Assembly (NCBI RefSeq): GCF_035481345.1
Contig: NZ_DATIGV010000020.1
Coordinates: 2,727-66,726, forward strand
Length of the DNA stretch: 64,000 nucleotides
Reading direction: 5' to 3'
Source of the DNA: Hydrogenophaga sp.
Lineage (GTDB): Bacteria; Pseudomonadota; Gammaproteobacteria; Burkholderiales; Burkholderiaceae_C
The translations under genes were made by a program, and so were the position numbers. The notes beneath the pieces were generated by a model. It worked only from the letters and a program-made list of their open reading frames with translations, was not told the origin of the DNA and did no database searches. How positions within the stretch are numbered: position 1 is the first letter of the stretch; each line of letters starts with the position of its first letter. Shown piece after piece: positions 14,316-22,737 of the stretch.

Positions 14316-15461
14316 ATGGACCTCGCCGACATCCCCCGCGACCTGCGGCTCGATTCCCCCGAGGCGGTGCTGGCCGCCGTGCGCGAGGTCGCGCACGGTC
14401 CCTTGGCCCGCGTGGCGGAGGCGATCGACCGCGAGGGCTACTACCCACGCGCCGAGTTGCAGCAACTGGCCGCCCTGGGCGCCATGAGCGCCCACCTGGA
14501 CGCGCCCGCGGGCCGCGGCGACTACCGGCTCGCGCTGCGGGCCATGGCCGAGGTCTCGCGCGTCTGCGGCGCCACCGGCTTCATGGTGTGGTGCCAGGCC
14601 GTGTGCGGCCTGTACATGCAGGCCTCGGGCAACCCGGCCCTCATGGGCGAGGCGCTCATGGCGCACGCCAGCGGCGCCTCGCTGGGCGGCACGGCCATGT
14701 CCAACCCCATGAAGAACTACGCGCAGATCGAGGGCCTGCTGCTCAAGGCGGTGCCGGTCGAGGGCGGCTACCGCGTCAGCGGCACCCTGCCCTGGGTCAG
14801 CAACCTGGGCCCGGGCCACGCCTGCGGCGCGCTGGCCGGCGTGGTGAATGAACAAGGCGAGGTGGTGCGCGAGGTGATGTTCCTCTTGCGCTGCGACGCC
14901 GACGGCGTGGAGATGCGCGAGTGCCCCAGCTTCAGCGGCATGGAGGGCACGGGCACCTTCGGGCTGCGGCTGAAGGATCACTTCATCGGCGCGGGCGAGA
15001 TCATGGCCGACCCCGCCAAGCCCTTCATCGCGCGCATCCGCGGCGCCTTCGTGCTGCTCCAGTGCGGCATGGCGGTGGGCGTCACGCAGGGCGCCATCGA
15101 CAGCATGTGGGCGGTGGAGGACCCACTCGGCCACGTCAACCAGTTCCTGGAGGACCGGCCCGCCGCCCTGCAGGCCGAACTGGACGCGCTCACGGAGCGC
15201 GTGATGCGCCTGGCCGAGACGCCCTTCGACCCCTCGGTGGATTTCTTCATCGACGTGCTCGACGCGCGTGCCCACGGCGCCGAACTCTCGCTGCGCGCGG
15301 CGCAGTCGGCCCTGCTGCACCAGGGCGCGCGCGGCTACCTCATGAGCAGCGAGGTGCAGCGCCGCGTGCGCGAGTCGCACTTCGTGGCCATCGTCACGCC
15401 GGCCATCAAGCACCTGCGCAAGGAAATCGCGCGCCTGAGTGCGGAGGCATTGCCCGCATGA
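14316..15461 (+). CDS. Acyl-CoA dehydrogenase-fold flavoprotein (possibly a monooxygenase-type member)
   Basis: Inner ATG of ORF 13716..15461 (381 aa). ACAD-like three-domain layout by eye. The C-terminal QGARGYLMSSEVQRRVRESHFVAIVTPAI occupies the position of the ACAD G.GY...RxxRDa....EGT block. Confidence 0.8.
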   Translation: MDLADIPRDLRLDSPEAVLAAVREVAHGPLARVAEAIDREGYYPRAELQQLAALGAMSAHLDAPAGRGDYRLALRAMAEVSRVCGATGFMVWCQAVCGLYMQASGNPALMGEALMAHASGASLGGTAMSNPMKNYAQIEGLLLKAVPVEGGYRVSGTLPWVSNLGPGHACGALAGVVNEQGEVVREVMFLLRCDADGVEMRECPSFSGMEGTGTFGLRLKDHFIGAGEIMADPAKPFIARIRGAFVLLQCGMAVGVTQGAIDSMWAVEDPLGHVNQFLEDRPAALQAELDALTERVMRLAETPFDPSVDFFIDVLDARAHGAELSLRAAQSALLHQGARGYLMSSEVQRRVRESHFVAIVTPAIKHLRKEIARLSAEALPA

Positions 15462-15483
15462 GCGCAGCACGGAGGGAAGTCCA

Positions 15484-16752
15484 ATGAGCGCGCCGACACT
15501 GCCCACGACTCCGATCGCGCAAGCCGCGCGCGCGCTGGCGCCGTACCGCCAGTACCTGTGCGAGGCCTGCGGCTACGTCTACGACGAGGCCCTGGGCGAC
15601 CCCGATGGCGGCCTGCCAGCCGGTACGCGCTACGAGGACATCCCCGAGGACTGGGCCTGCCCGCTGTGCGGCGTGACGAAGGCCGACTTTCGCCTCTACG
15701 ACGCGCCCGACATGGAGGCTTTGCGCGCGCGCAGCGACCCGGGTGTGGCCGTGGCCACGCGCGGCGGCGAGGCGGGCGTGGTCATCGTGGGCGCGGGCCG
15801 CGCGGGCTGGCAGACGGCCGAGGCCCTGCGCGCCCTGAATCCCACGCTCCCCATCACCCTGGTGAGCCAGTGCGCGGGCGACGTCTACGACAAGCCGCTG
15901 CTGTCCGTGGCCATGGCGCGCGGCCTGGCCGACGGCGCGCTGGTGCGCGAGCGCGGCGCCGACGCCGCCGCGCGCCTGGGCGTGCGCCTGCTCGCGCACA
16001 CCGACGCGATCCGCATCTGCGCCGACACCCACACCCTGCGCACCACCCGCGGCAACCTGCGCTACGCGCACCTGGTGCTGGCGCACGGCGCCACGGCGCG
16101 ACTGCCCGAGGGCCTGGCGCCCGAGCTGTGCTGGCGCGTGAACCACCTGGCCGCCTACCAGCGCCTGCGAGCCCGTCTGGGTGATGCGCCGCGCGAGCTG
16201 CTCATCGTCGGCGCGGGCCTGATCGGCAGCGAACTCGCGAACGACCTGGCCATTGGCGGCCACCGCGTCACCCTGCTCGACACCTGCGAACAGCCGCTGG
16301 CGCGCTGGCAGGACCTGGGCGTGGGCGAACAACTGCTGGACGCCTGGCGCGACCTCAGCATCCGCTTCGTGGGCGGCGTGCAGGTGCGCTCGCTGGAGCG
16401 CGTGGGTGGGCGCTACCGCCTCACCACCGCCGATGGCCAGCGCTTCGCGGCCGACGAGGTGATCGTGGCCGCCGGCCTGCACACGCCGACGCGCCTGGCG
16501 CGCAGCGCGGGCCTGGACTGGGAGAACGGCATCCGCGTGACGCCACACAACCTGCGCACCAGTGTCGATCGCATCCACGCGCTGGGCGACTGCATCGCCA
16601 TCGACGGCCAGCCCAGCCGCTACATCGAACCCATCGCCCGTCAGGCGCGCGCCATCGCGGCCGACATCTGCGGTGCCGAGCCCGCGCCCTACGTGCCGCG
16701 CGCGCCGGTGGTGCGGGTGAAGACGACGTCGCTGCCGCTCACGCTGCACTGA
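15484..16752 (+). CDS. Rubredoxin domain fused to an FAD/NAD(P)H pyridine-nucleotide-disulfide oxidoreductase (rubredoxin-reductase type)
   Basis: Inner ATG of ORF 15439..16752. YLCEACGYVYDE...WACPLCG is the rubredoxin CxxC/CPxCG pair. It is followed by VVIVGAGRAGW (FAD GxGxxG) and LLIVGAGLIGSELA (NAD GxGxxG). Confidence 0.85.
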   Translation: MSAPTLPTTPIAQAARALAPYRQYLCEACGYVYDEALGDPDGGLPAGTRYEDIPEDWACPLCGVTKADFRLYDAPDMEALRARSDPGVAVATRGGEAGVVIVGAGRAGWQTAEALRALNPTLPITLVSQCAGDVYDKPLLSVAMARGLADGALVRERGADAAARLGVRLLAHTDAIRICADTHTLRTTRGNLRYAHLVLAHGATARLPEGLAPELCWRVNHLAAYQRLRARLGDAPRELLIVGAGLIGSELANDLAIGGHRVTLLDTCEQPLARWQDLGVGEQLLDAWRDLSIRFVGGVQVRSLERVGGRYRLTTADGQRFAADEVIVAAGLHTPTRLARSAGLDWENGIRVTPHNLRTSVDRIHALGDCIAIDGQPSRYIEPIARQARAIAADICGAEPAPYVPRAPVVRVKTTSLPLTLH

Positions 16753-16770
16753 GTGAGCGGAGTCGACGCG

Positions 16771-17247
16771 TCAGAACGAGAGCTTGCTCTGGCCGTTGTC
16801 GAACCAGGCGGTGTCGAAACCCTCGCGCAGAAGGACAACTTTTGTCGCTGAGGTCGACACGCCCTGAGCGCGCTCAAGGTACTTGGCCAGCGTGCTCCGG
16901 TCCTCGCTCAGCAAATGGGAGATGCCCTCGCATTCGCACTGCGCGATCAACTTGAAGTCGTCCTTCACCCTGACACGGTCGTCATCCGGGTCGCGCTGAA
17001 GCCGGCGAATCAAGAGGCCGCACGCCATCGCGTGATCGATGTTGAACGGCAGCACGATGAAGCTGCGCAGGGGAAGGTCGTTGATGGCTTGGCGGACCTG
17101 AAACTCCGACACCGCGACGGTCGACAGGTACATCGGCACCTGTCGGTGCACACATTCCTTGTAGTACTGCACCGCCGCAGCGTAATGCGGACGGGACGGG
17201 TCGCTGAAACTGATGAGAAAACTGGTGTCGAGCAAGACGCTGTTCAA
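16771..17247 (-). CDS. PIN-domain nuclease-like protein (VapC-like, 158 aa)
   Basis: ORF 16771..17277. The likely start is the TTG at 17247, which overlaps the upstream stop (TTGA). The four acidic PIN positions are visible: LLDTSF, VSEF, KDDFKLIAQ, LLSEDRS. Confidence 0.7.
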   Translation of the reverse strand: MNSVLLDTSFLISFSDPSRPHYAAAVQYYKECVHRQVPMYLSTVAVSEFQVRQAINDLPLRSFIVLPFNIDHAMACGLLIRRLQRDPDDDRVRVKDDFKLIAQCECEGISHLLSEDRSTLAKYLERAQGVSTSATKVVLLREGFDTAWFDNGQSKLSF

Positions 17248-18014
17248 TGCTCGCCCCCGCGGATCTGATCGACCCATTCGGTGGCGTTGCCAACGTCCTT
17301 CCAGGCATCCTGGCCACGCCTGTTAAGGCGCGCCAACTCTTCCTCATCCACACGAGGGGCGTACTCCACGAACTCGACGAGGCGCGCGTTGCGCAGCTCC
17401 CGTGTGAGAACGTTGTATTCCGCTCGAATCCGCAACATCGCAATCTTGTAGAGGCGATTGGATGTGTCATCACGCAGAGCGTCCCTTTCGGCCGTCACCA
17501 ACAACGTTGACCCATCGGGCAGGCGAACGTGGGCATTGGGTTTGGCCGTTCCACCCAAGTTCTGAACCTCTCCTCGGACATAACGTTCGACCTGCACCCA
17601 TTGATCCGCGTCGTCCGCGTGGAAATCCGTCTCTCGGCTGACGACGATCGGGCGCGACAAGAAAGGAGCTGAAATGCGGAAGCTGAGGTCTGCATTCTTC
17701 TTCACCAACTTTTGCCAGCTTTCGAACACCGAGCGACGCTTGGCGTCAACTGCGTCGAGCCGCTCGTTGGCCGCCAAGTGCTGAAGGTCCTTCAACAGCT
17801 TGGGGGCAGCAATGGGTACCGTTTCAATGGCCAGCGACCCCGAGCGAATCGCCACGTCGAGACCTTGCGGGTCGACCTCTTTCGTGTCACCTCGCAAAAA
17901 AGTGGCTACGTCGCCGGCAAAGTCCACCAAGCTGGACAGGCGCACCCGATCGGGACTGGCTTCATAGCCACCCGATCGGTCGATCAAGGCCACTGTGATC
18001 CGCTGTGCTTCCAT
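17244..18014 (-). CDS. Hypothetical 256-aa protein, translationally coupled to the PIN gene (antitoxin position)
   Basis: ORF 17244..18014. No family recognised. The C-terminal tail EEELARLNRRGQDAWKDVGNATEWVDQIRGGEH resembles tails of PIN-associated antitoxins. Confidence 0.65.
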   Translation of the reverse strand: MEAQRITVALIDRSGGYEASPDRVRLSSLVDFAGDVATFLRGDTKEVDPQGLDVAIRSGSLAIETVPIAAPKLLKDLQHLAANERLDAVDAKRRSVFESWQKLVKKNADLSFRISAPFLSRPIVVSRETDFHADDADQWVQVERYVRGEVQNLGGTAKPNAHVRLPDGSTLLVTAERDALRDDTSNRLYKIAMLRIRAEYNVLTRELRNARLVEFVEYAPRVDEEELARLNRRGQDAWKDVGNATEWVDQIRGGEH

Positions 18015-18063
18015 GGTCGGGGCATTGTAGGACTGCCCTTCACCCAGCGTCCGTTTGTTTGTT

Positions 18064-19104
18064 CTACGCAGCCGCCCGCCGCCGCAGCGCCACCACCCGC
18101 TCCCCCGTCTCCAGCGACCTCGCCCGCAGCTGCCCGCAGCCCGCGTCCACGTCCTGCCCGGCCGAGTGGCGCAGCTTGGTGAGGATGCCCTGGCGGTGCA
18201 GGCGGCGCGCGATGTCGGCGGCCTTCTCCCAGGCGGGGCGCTGGAACGGCAGGCCGTCGACGGCGTTGTAGGGAATGAGGTTGAGCACGCCGTAGCGCCC
18301 GCCCAGCAGGCGCACGATGCCCTCGACTTCGTCGTCGCCGTCGTTCACGCCGTCGAGCAAGGTCCACTGGTATTGCACCGGGTAGCCGGTGGCGCGCGCG
18401 TAGGCGTCGGCGCGCTCCACCAGGTCCTGCGGCGTGAGGCGCGGCGCGCGCGGCAGCAGTTGCTCGCGCAGCCCGGCCTTGGTGGTGTGCAGCGACAAGG
18501 CCAGCGCGGGCTTGACCGCGCCGCGCGGCAAGGCCTCGAAGGCGCGTTCGTCGCCGACGGTGGAGAACACGAGGTTCTTGTGGCCGATGCCGCCCACGGT
18601 GCCCAGCAGCTCGATGGCCTCGAGCACCGCCTCGAGGTTGTGCGCGGGTTCGCCCATGCCCATGAAGACGACCTTGTTCACCGGCCGGCCCGCGCGCGCC
18701 AGCGCCACCTGGGCCACGATCTCGGCGCTGCCGAGCTGGCGCAACAGGCCGCCGGTGCCGGTCATGCAGAAGGCGCAGCCCACGGCGCAACCGACCTGCG
18801 TGGACACGCACAGGCCGCCGCGCGGCAGGCGCACGCTCTCCACGGTCTGGCCGTCGCGCAGGGCCACGAGCAGGCGGGCCGAGCCGTCCTCACCCGGATG
18901 TTCGGCCTGCAGGCGCGCGAGGCCCGCGAGCGCCTCGCGCAGCGCGGGCAGGGCCTCGAACAGGGCTTTGGGGAAGTGGTGCTCGGGCTTGCGCCGGCCG
19001 GCCTCGGGCGGCAGGGCGTACACCCAGTGGCGCAGCACGCGCTGCGCATGCAGCGGCCCAGCCCCGAGGGCGGTGAGGCGGTGGCGCAGTTCGTGCAATT
19101 GCAT
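18064..19104 (-). CDS. RlmN/Cfr-family radical SAM methyltransferase paralog
   Basis: ORF 18064..19104 (346 aa). GGLCVSTQVGCAVGCAFCMTG contains the CxxxCxxC cluster plus the upstream mechanistic Cys. The C-terminal DVDAGCGQL carries the second mechanistic Cys, as in E. coli RlmN. Confidence 0.85.
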   Translation of the reverse strand: MQLHELRHRLTALGAGPLHAQRVLRHWVYALPPEAGRRKPEHHFPKALFEALPALREALAGLARLQAEHPGEDGSARLLVALRDGQTVESVRLPRGGLCVSTQVGCAVGCAFCMTGTGGLLRQLGSAEIVAQVALARAGRPVNKVVFMGMGEPAHNLEAVLEAIELLGTVGGIGHKNLVFSTVGDERAFEALPRGAVKPALALSLHTTKAGLREQLLPRAPRLTPQDLVERADAYARATGYPVQYQWTLLDGVNDGDDEVEGIVRLLGGRYGVLNLIPYNAVDGLPFQRPAWEKAADIARRLHRQGILTKLRHSAGQDVDAGCGQLRARSLETGERVVALRRRAAA

Positions 19105-19198
19105 GGGGCGGGGATTGTCGCCCAGGGGCGGACCATGTGCGCCGGAGTCGGCCCATGCACCCGCGCCGTTCGCGTGGTCGCGCCTGCGGCGCAGTGGC

Positions 19199-20869
19199 TC
19201 AACCCGGGGACGCGGCGAGCAAGGCGGCCAGCGCCGCCGGCCACTGCGCGGACGAGCGGCAGATCCGCACGCTGGCGCGCCCCAGCGCCGCCGCCAGCGT
19301 GGCGGCCTCGCCAGGCGCCAGCACCAGCGCGCGCACGCCCACGCCGCGCCCCTCGGCCTCGCGTGCGGCGCGTTGCAGGTCGGCCGGGAGGTAGGCTGGG
19401 TCGTGCACGTCCACGTCGTGCGGCTCGCCGTCGCTCAGCAGCACGATCAGCCGTCGGCGGCCCGGGTGGCGGCGCTGGTCGAGCGCGCTCAGGTGCAGGG
19501 CGTGGCGCAGCGCGGCGCCCATGCGCGTGGAGCCGCCGCCCCGCAAAGCCGGCAGGCGCGCGAGCACGTGCTCGTCCCAGTGGCGCAGGCAAGGCATGTC
19601 GATGCGGTGGCGGCCCCGACTCGAAAAAGCCCACAGCGCGCAGCGGTGACCCAGCGCGCGCAGGGCCTGGACCGTGGCCAGGGCCCCGCGCTGCAGTTGC
19701 GCGAGCGGCTCGCCCTCGGTGGAGGCCGAGGCGTCGAGCAGCAGCAGCACCGCCAGCGGCGGCGCCGGGCGTTGCGGTGATCGGTAGACCCGCGCCTCGG
19801 GCGTGCGGCCCGCGAGGCGGTCGAGCCGCGCCTCCACCAGCGCGGCGGGGTGCAACTCCTCGCCCTGGGCGCATCGCCCGCCGCCCGCGCGGCGCTGCAG
19901 GCTCAGGCGGGCAAGACGGCGTTGCAGGCGGTGGCGTTCGGCGCGCGGCGGCGGCGCGGCCTCCCCTGCGGGCGGATCGCCACCGAACACGCGGCACCAG
20001 CCGGGCCGGTAACGCGCGATGCGGTGGTCCCATTCGGGATAGATCGCGTCGGGTTCCAGCGCCACCGGTGTGGGCGAGGCCGACGGCGCGTCGTCGCTGG
20101 GCGGCGCGGCGTCGGCGTTCAGGGGGGCCTCGTCGCGGGGCGGCTCGTCATCGGGCCGCCAGAGGTGGCTGTTGTCGTCGCGGTAGCGCGCGGACACGGT
20201 GTAGGTGCGGGCGTTGAACGGCAGCCGCATCTGGCCGATGTCGTGTCCGAGCCGCGAGGCGGCCTCTCGCACGCGCGCCGGTGTGTCGAGCGCGAGGCCG
20301 CCGTCGGGCGCGAAGAACTCCCGCCGCACCTTGGCGACCCAGGCGTGCGGGTCGTCGTGATCGGGGTTCAGCAGGCTGGCCGCGAGGCGCGCGAGCAGGT
20401 CCTCGAAGCCGCTGCCCTGGCGCGCGGCGGCCTCGGTGTGGAAGGACCACCACACGGCGCGCAGGCCGGGCAGCTCCTGGGCCGCGAGCCATTCCACGCG
20501 CGCGTCCTCCAGCACACCCAGCAGGGCCTGCTGCACGGGCTTGAGTCCCGCGCGCGCCTGCGCTTCACCACCGAAGCGCCGGTGCGCTGCGGCGTGCGCG
20601 GCGATGGCCAGGCTGAGGTCCGGCGCGGGCTCGGCCCAGGCGGGCAGGTGCAGCACGGCCGCGGCGTCGTGCGCGCGCTCGGCCTCGCCGTGGTCGTTGC
20701 CATCGCCGAGGTGCCCGCCACCATCGCGACCGACCACGATCACGGCGCGCTGCGCTGCGTCCTTCGCGCCACCGCGCCACTCGACGCGCCATTGCCCGCC
20801 CCACAGCGCGTGCGCCAGGGCGCGCACCTGGCCCGGCAGGTCGGGCGGCGCGGCACCCGGGCGCGACAT
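19199..20869 (-). CDS. NorD/CbbO-type VWA-domain activation protein
   Basis: ORF 19199..20869 (556 aa). Central YPEWDHRIARYRPGWCRV is the NorD hallmark. The C-terminal VWA domain has LLLLDASASTEG (MIDAS DxSxS) and LIVLLSDGEPHD. Confidence 0.85.
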   Translation of the reverse strand: MSRPGAAPPDLPGQVRALAHALWGGQWRVEWRGGAKDAAQRAVIVVGRDGGGHLGDGNDHGEAERAHDAAAVLHLPAWAEPAPDLSLAIAAHAAAHRRFGGEAQARAGLKPVQQALLGVLEDARVEWLAAQELPGLRAVWWSFHTEAAARQGSGFEDLLARLAASLLNPDHDDPHAWVAKVRREFFAPDGGLALDTPARVREAASRLGHDIGQMRLPFNARTYTVSARYRDDNSHLWRPDDEPPRDEAPLNADAAPPSDDAPSASPTPVALEPDAIYPEWDHRIARYRPGWCRVFGGDPPAGEAAPPPRAERHRLQRRLARLSLQRRAGGGRCAQGEELHPAALVEARLDRLAGRTPEARVYRSPQRPAPPLAVLLLLDASASTEGEPLAQLQRGALATVQALRALGHRCALWAFSSRGRHRIDMPCLRHWDEHVLARLPALRGGGSTRMGAALRHALHLSALDQRRHPGRRRLIVLLSDGEPHDVDVHDPAYLPADLQRAAREAEGRGVGVRALVLAPGEAATLAAALGRASVRICRSSAQWPAALAALLAASPG

Positions 20870-21678
20870 CAGAAGCTCGCGCCCACCAGCGCGCGCAGGC
20901 TGGGCGCGAGCTGCGGGTCGTCGCTCAGCGGGTCGGCGATGGCCTGCATGGCGGCCGCGCGGAGCGGCAGGCCCGCGCGGTGCAGCAGCGCGGCGTGCAC
21001 CAGCATGCGCGTGGAGGCGCCCTCGTCCAGGCCCTCCTCACGCAGGCGGCGCGTGCGGATGGCGAGCTGCACCAGGCGCGTCGCGAGCGCGCCATCGACA
21101 CCGCCTTCGCGCGCCACGATGGCGGCCTCCGCCTCGGGCGCCGGGTAGTCGAAGCCCAGGGCCACGAAGCGCTGGCGCGTGGAGGGCTTGAGCTCGCGGT
21201 GCAGGCCCTGGTAACCGGGGTTGTAGCTGACCACGAGCTGGAAATCGGGGTGCGCGCGCAGCAGCTCGCCATGGCGCTCCAGCGGCAAGGCGCGGCGCGT
21301 GTCGGCCAGGGGGTGCAGCAGCACCGTGGTGTCGGCGCGCGCCTCCATCAGTTCGTCGAGGTAACACAGCGCGCCGTGCCGCGCGGCCAGGGCCAGCGGC
21401 CCGTCCATCCAGCGCGTGCCCTCGCCGTCGAGCAGCCAGCGGCCCGCCAGGTCGCCCGCGCTCAGGTCCTCGTGGCAAGCCACGGTCACCAAGGGCAGCT
21501 TGAGCCGCCAAGCCATGTGCTCGACGAAGCGCGTCTTGCCGCAGCCCGTGGGTCCTTTGAGCAGCACCGGCAGGCGCGCGGCGCGCGCGGCCTCGAAGGC
21601 CGCGACCTCCTCAGCCACCGGCTGGTAGAAGGGCTCCTCGGTGAGGCGCCAGTCGGCCAGCGGATCGGCGTGGGACAC
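20869..21678 (-). CDS. CbbQ/NirQ/NorQ-type MoxR AAA+ ATPase
   Basis: Tail of ORF 20869..21987. The GTG start at 21678 lies 2 nt after the amiE stop. Walker A GPTGCGKT, Walker B LCYLDEL, DFQLVVSYNPGYQG. Its stop overlaps the norD-like ATG (TGATG). Confidence 0.85.
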   Translation of the reverse strand: MSHADPLADWRLTEEPFYQPVAEEVAAFEAARAARLPVLLKGPTGCGKTRFVEHMAWRLKLPLVTVACHEDLSAGDLAGRWLLDGEGTRWMDGPLALAARHGALCYLDELMEARADTTVLLHPLADTRRALPLERHGELLRAHPDFQLVVSYNPGYQGLHRELKPSTRQRFVALGFDYPAPEAEAAIVAREGGVDGALATRLVQLAIRTRRLREEGLDEGASTRMLVHAALLHRAGLPLRAAAMQAIADPLSDDPQLAPSLRALVGASF

Positions 21679-21680
21679 GC

Positions 21681-22721
21681 TCAGCGGTGGCCCGCGGTGG
21701 CCGGGTTGGGGATGCCCTCGATCGGGCACTCCTCCGTGCCCACCATGGGCCGCGTGATGGCCTCGACCGCTTTCTGCGTGCCCTCGGGGTCGTTCACCCA
21801 CTTGCCGTAGAACTCGTAGGGGCAGGCGGCCACCCCCTTGTCGCCGTCGCGCGAGTTGATCATGCCCGTGTAGCCGCGGTGCAGCAGCTTGAACAGGTGG
21901 TTCTCGCTCTGCGCGTTCTTGCGGAAGTCGCGGATCAGGCTTTTCGAGAGCGCGGCGTACTGCACGCCGTAGTCCTCCTCGCCGCATTCGCCGAGCGTGC
22001 GGCCGTCGAAGCCGATGAGGGCGCTGTGGCCGAAGTAGCTGTACACGCCGTCCCAGCCGGAGGCATTGGCCACCGCCACGTAGCTGTTGTTGGCCCAGGC
22101 CATGGCCTTGGCCATCAGCACCTGCTGGTCTTTCGCGGGGTACATGTAGCCCTGGCAGCGCACGATGAGTTCGGCGCCCTTCATGGCGCAGTCGCGCCAG
22201 ATCTCGGGGTAGTTGCCGTCGTCGCAGATGATGAGGCTCACCTTCAGGCCCTTGGGGCCCTCGCTCACGTAGGTGCAGTTGCCGGGGTACCAGCCTTCGA
22301 TGGGCACCCAGGGCATGATCTTGCGGTACTTCTGCACGATCTGGCCCTGGTCGTTCATCAGGATGAGCGTGTTGTAGGGCGCCTTGTACGGGTGCTCCTC
22401 GTGCTGCTCGCCGGTGAGCGAGAACACGCCCCAGACCTTGGCCTTGCGGCAGGCCTCGGCAAAGATCTCGGTCTCGGCGCCAGGCACGGTGGACGCGGTC
22501 TCGTACATCTCCTTGGCGTCGTACATGATCCCGTGCGTGCTGTACTCCGGGAAGATCACCAGGTCCATGCCGGGCAGGCCCTGCTTCATGCCGACCACCA
22601 TGTCGGCGATCTTGCGCGCGTTGTCCAGCACCTCGGCCTTGGTGTGCAGGCGCGGCATCTTGTAGTTGACGACGGCCACGCCAACGGTGTCGGCGCTGCT
22701 TGAAATGTCACCGTGCATCAT
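21681..22721 (-). CDS. amiE: Aliphatic amidase (nitrilase superfamily)
   Basis: ORF 21681..22721 (346 aa). Collinear with P. aeruginosa AmiE along nearly its whole length: [62 protein letters not shown]. Confidence 0.95.
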   Translation of the reverse strand: MMHGDISSSADTVGVAVVNYKMPRLHTKAEVLDNARKIADMVVGMKQGLPGMDLVIFPEYSTHGIMYDAKEMYETASTVPGAETEIFAEACRKAKVWGVFSLTGEQHEEHPYKAPYNTLILMNDQGQIVQKYRKIMPWVPIEGWYPGNCTYVSEGPKGLKVSLIICDDGNYPEIWRDCAMKGAELIVRCQGYMYPAKDQQVLMAKAMAWANNSYVAVANASGWDGVYSYFGHSALIGFDGRTLGECGEEDYGVQYAALSKSLIRDFRKNAQSENHLFKLLHRGYTGMINSRDGDKGVAACPYEFYGKWVNDPEGTQKAVEAITRPMVGTEECPIEGIPNPATAGHR

Positions 22722-22737
22722 GGCTCGGGTTCCTTGT

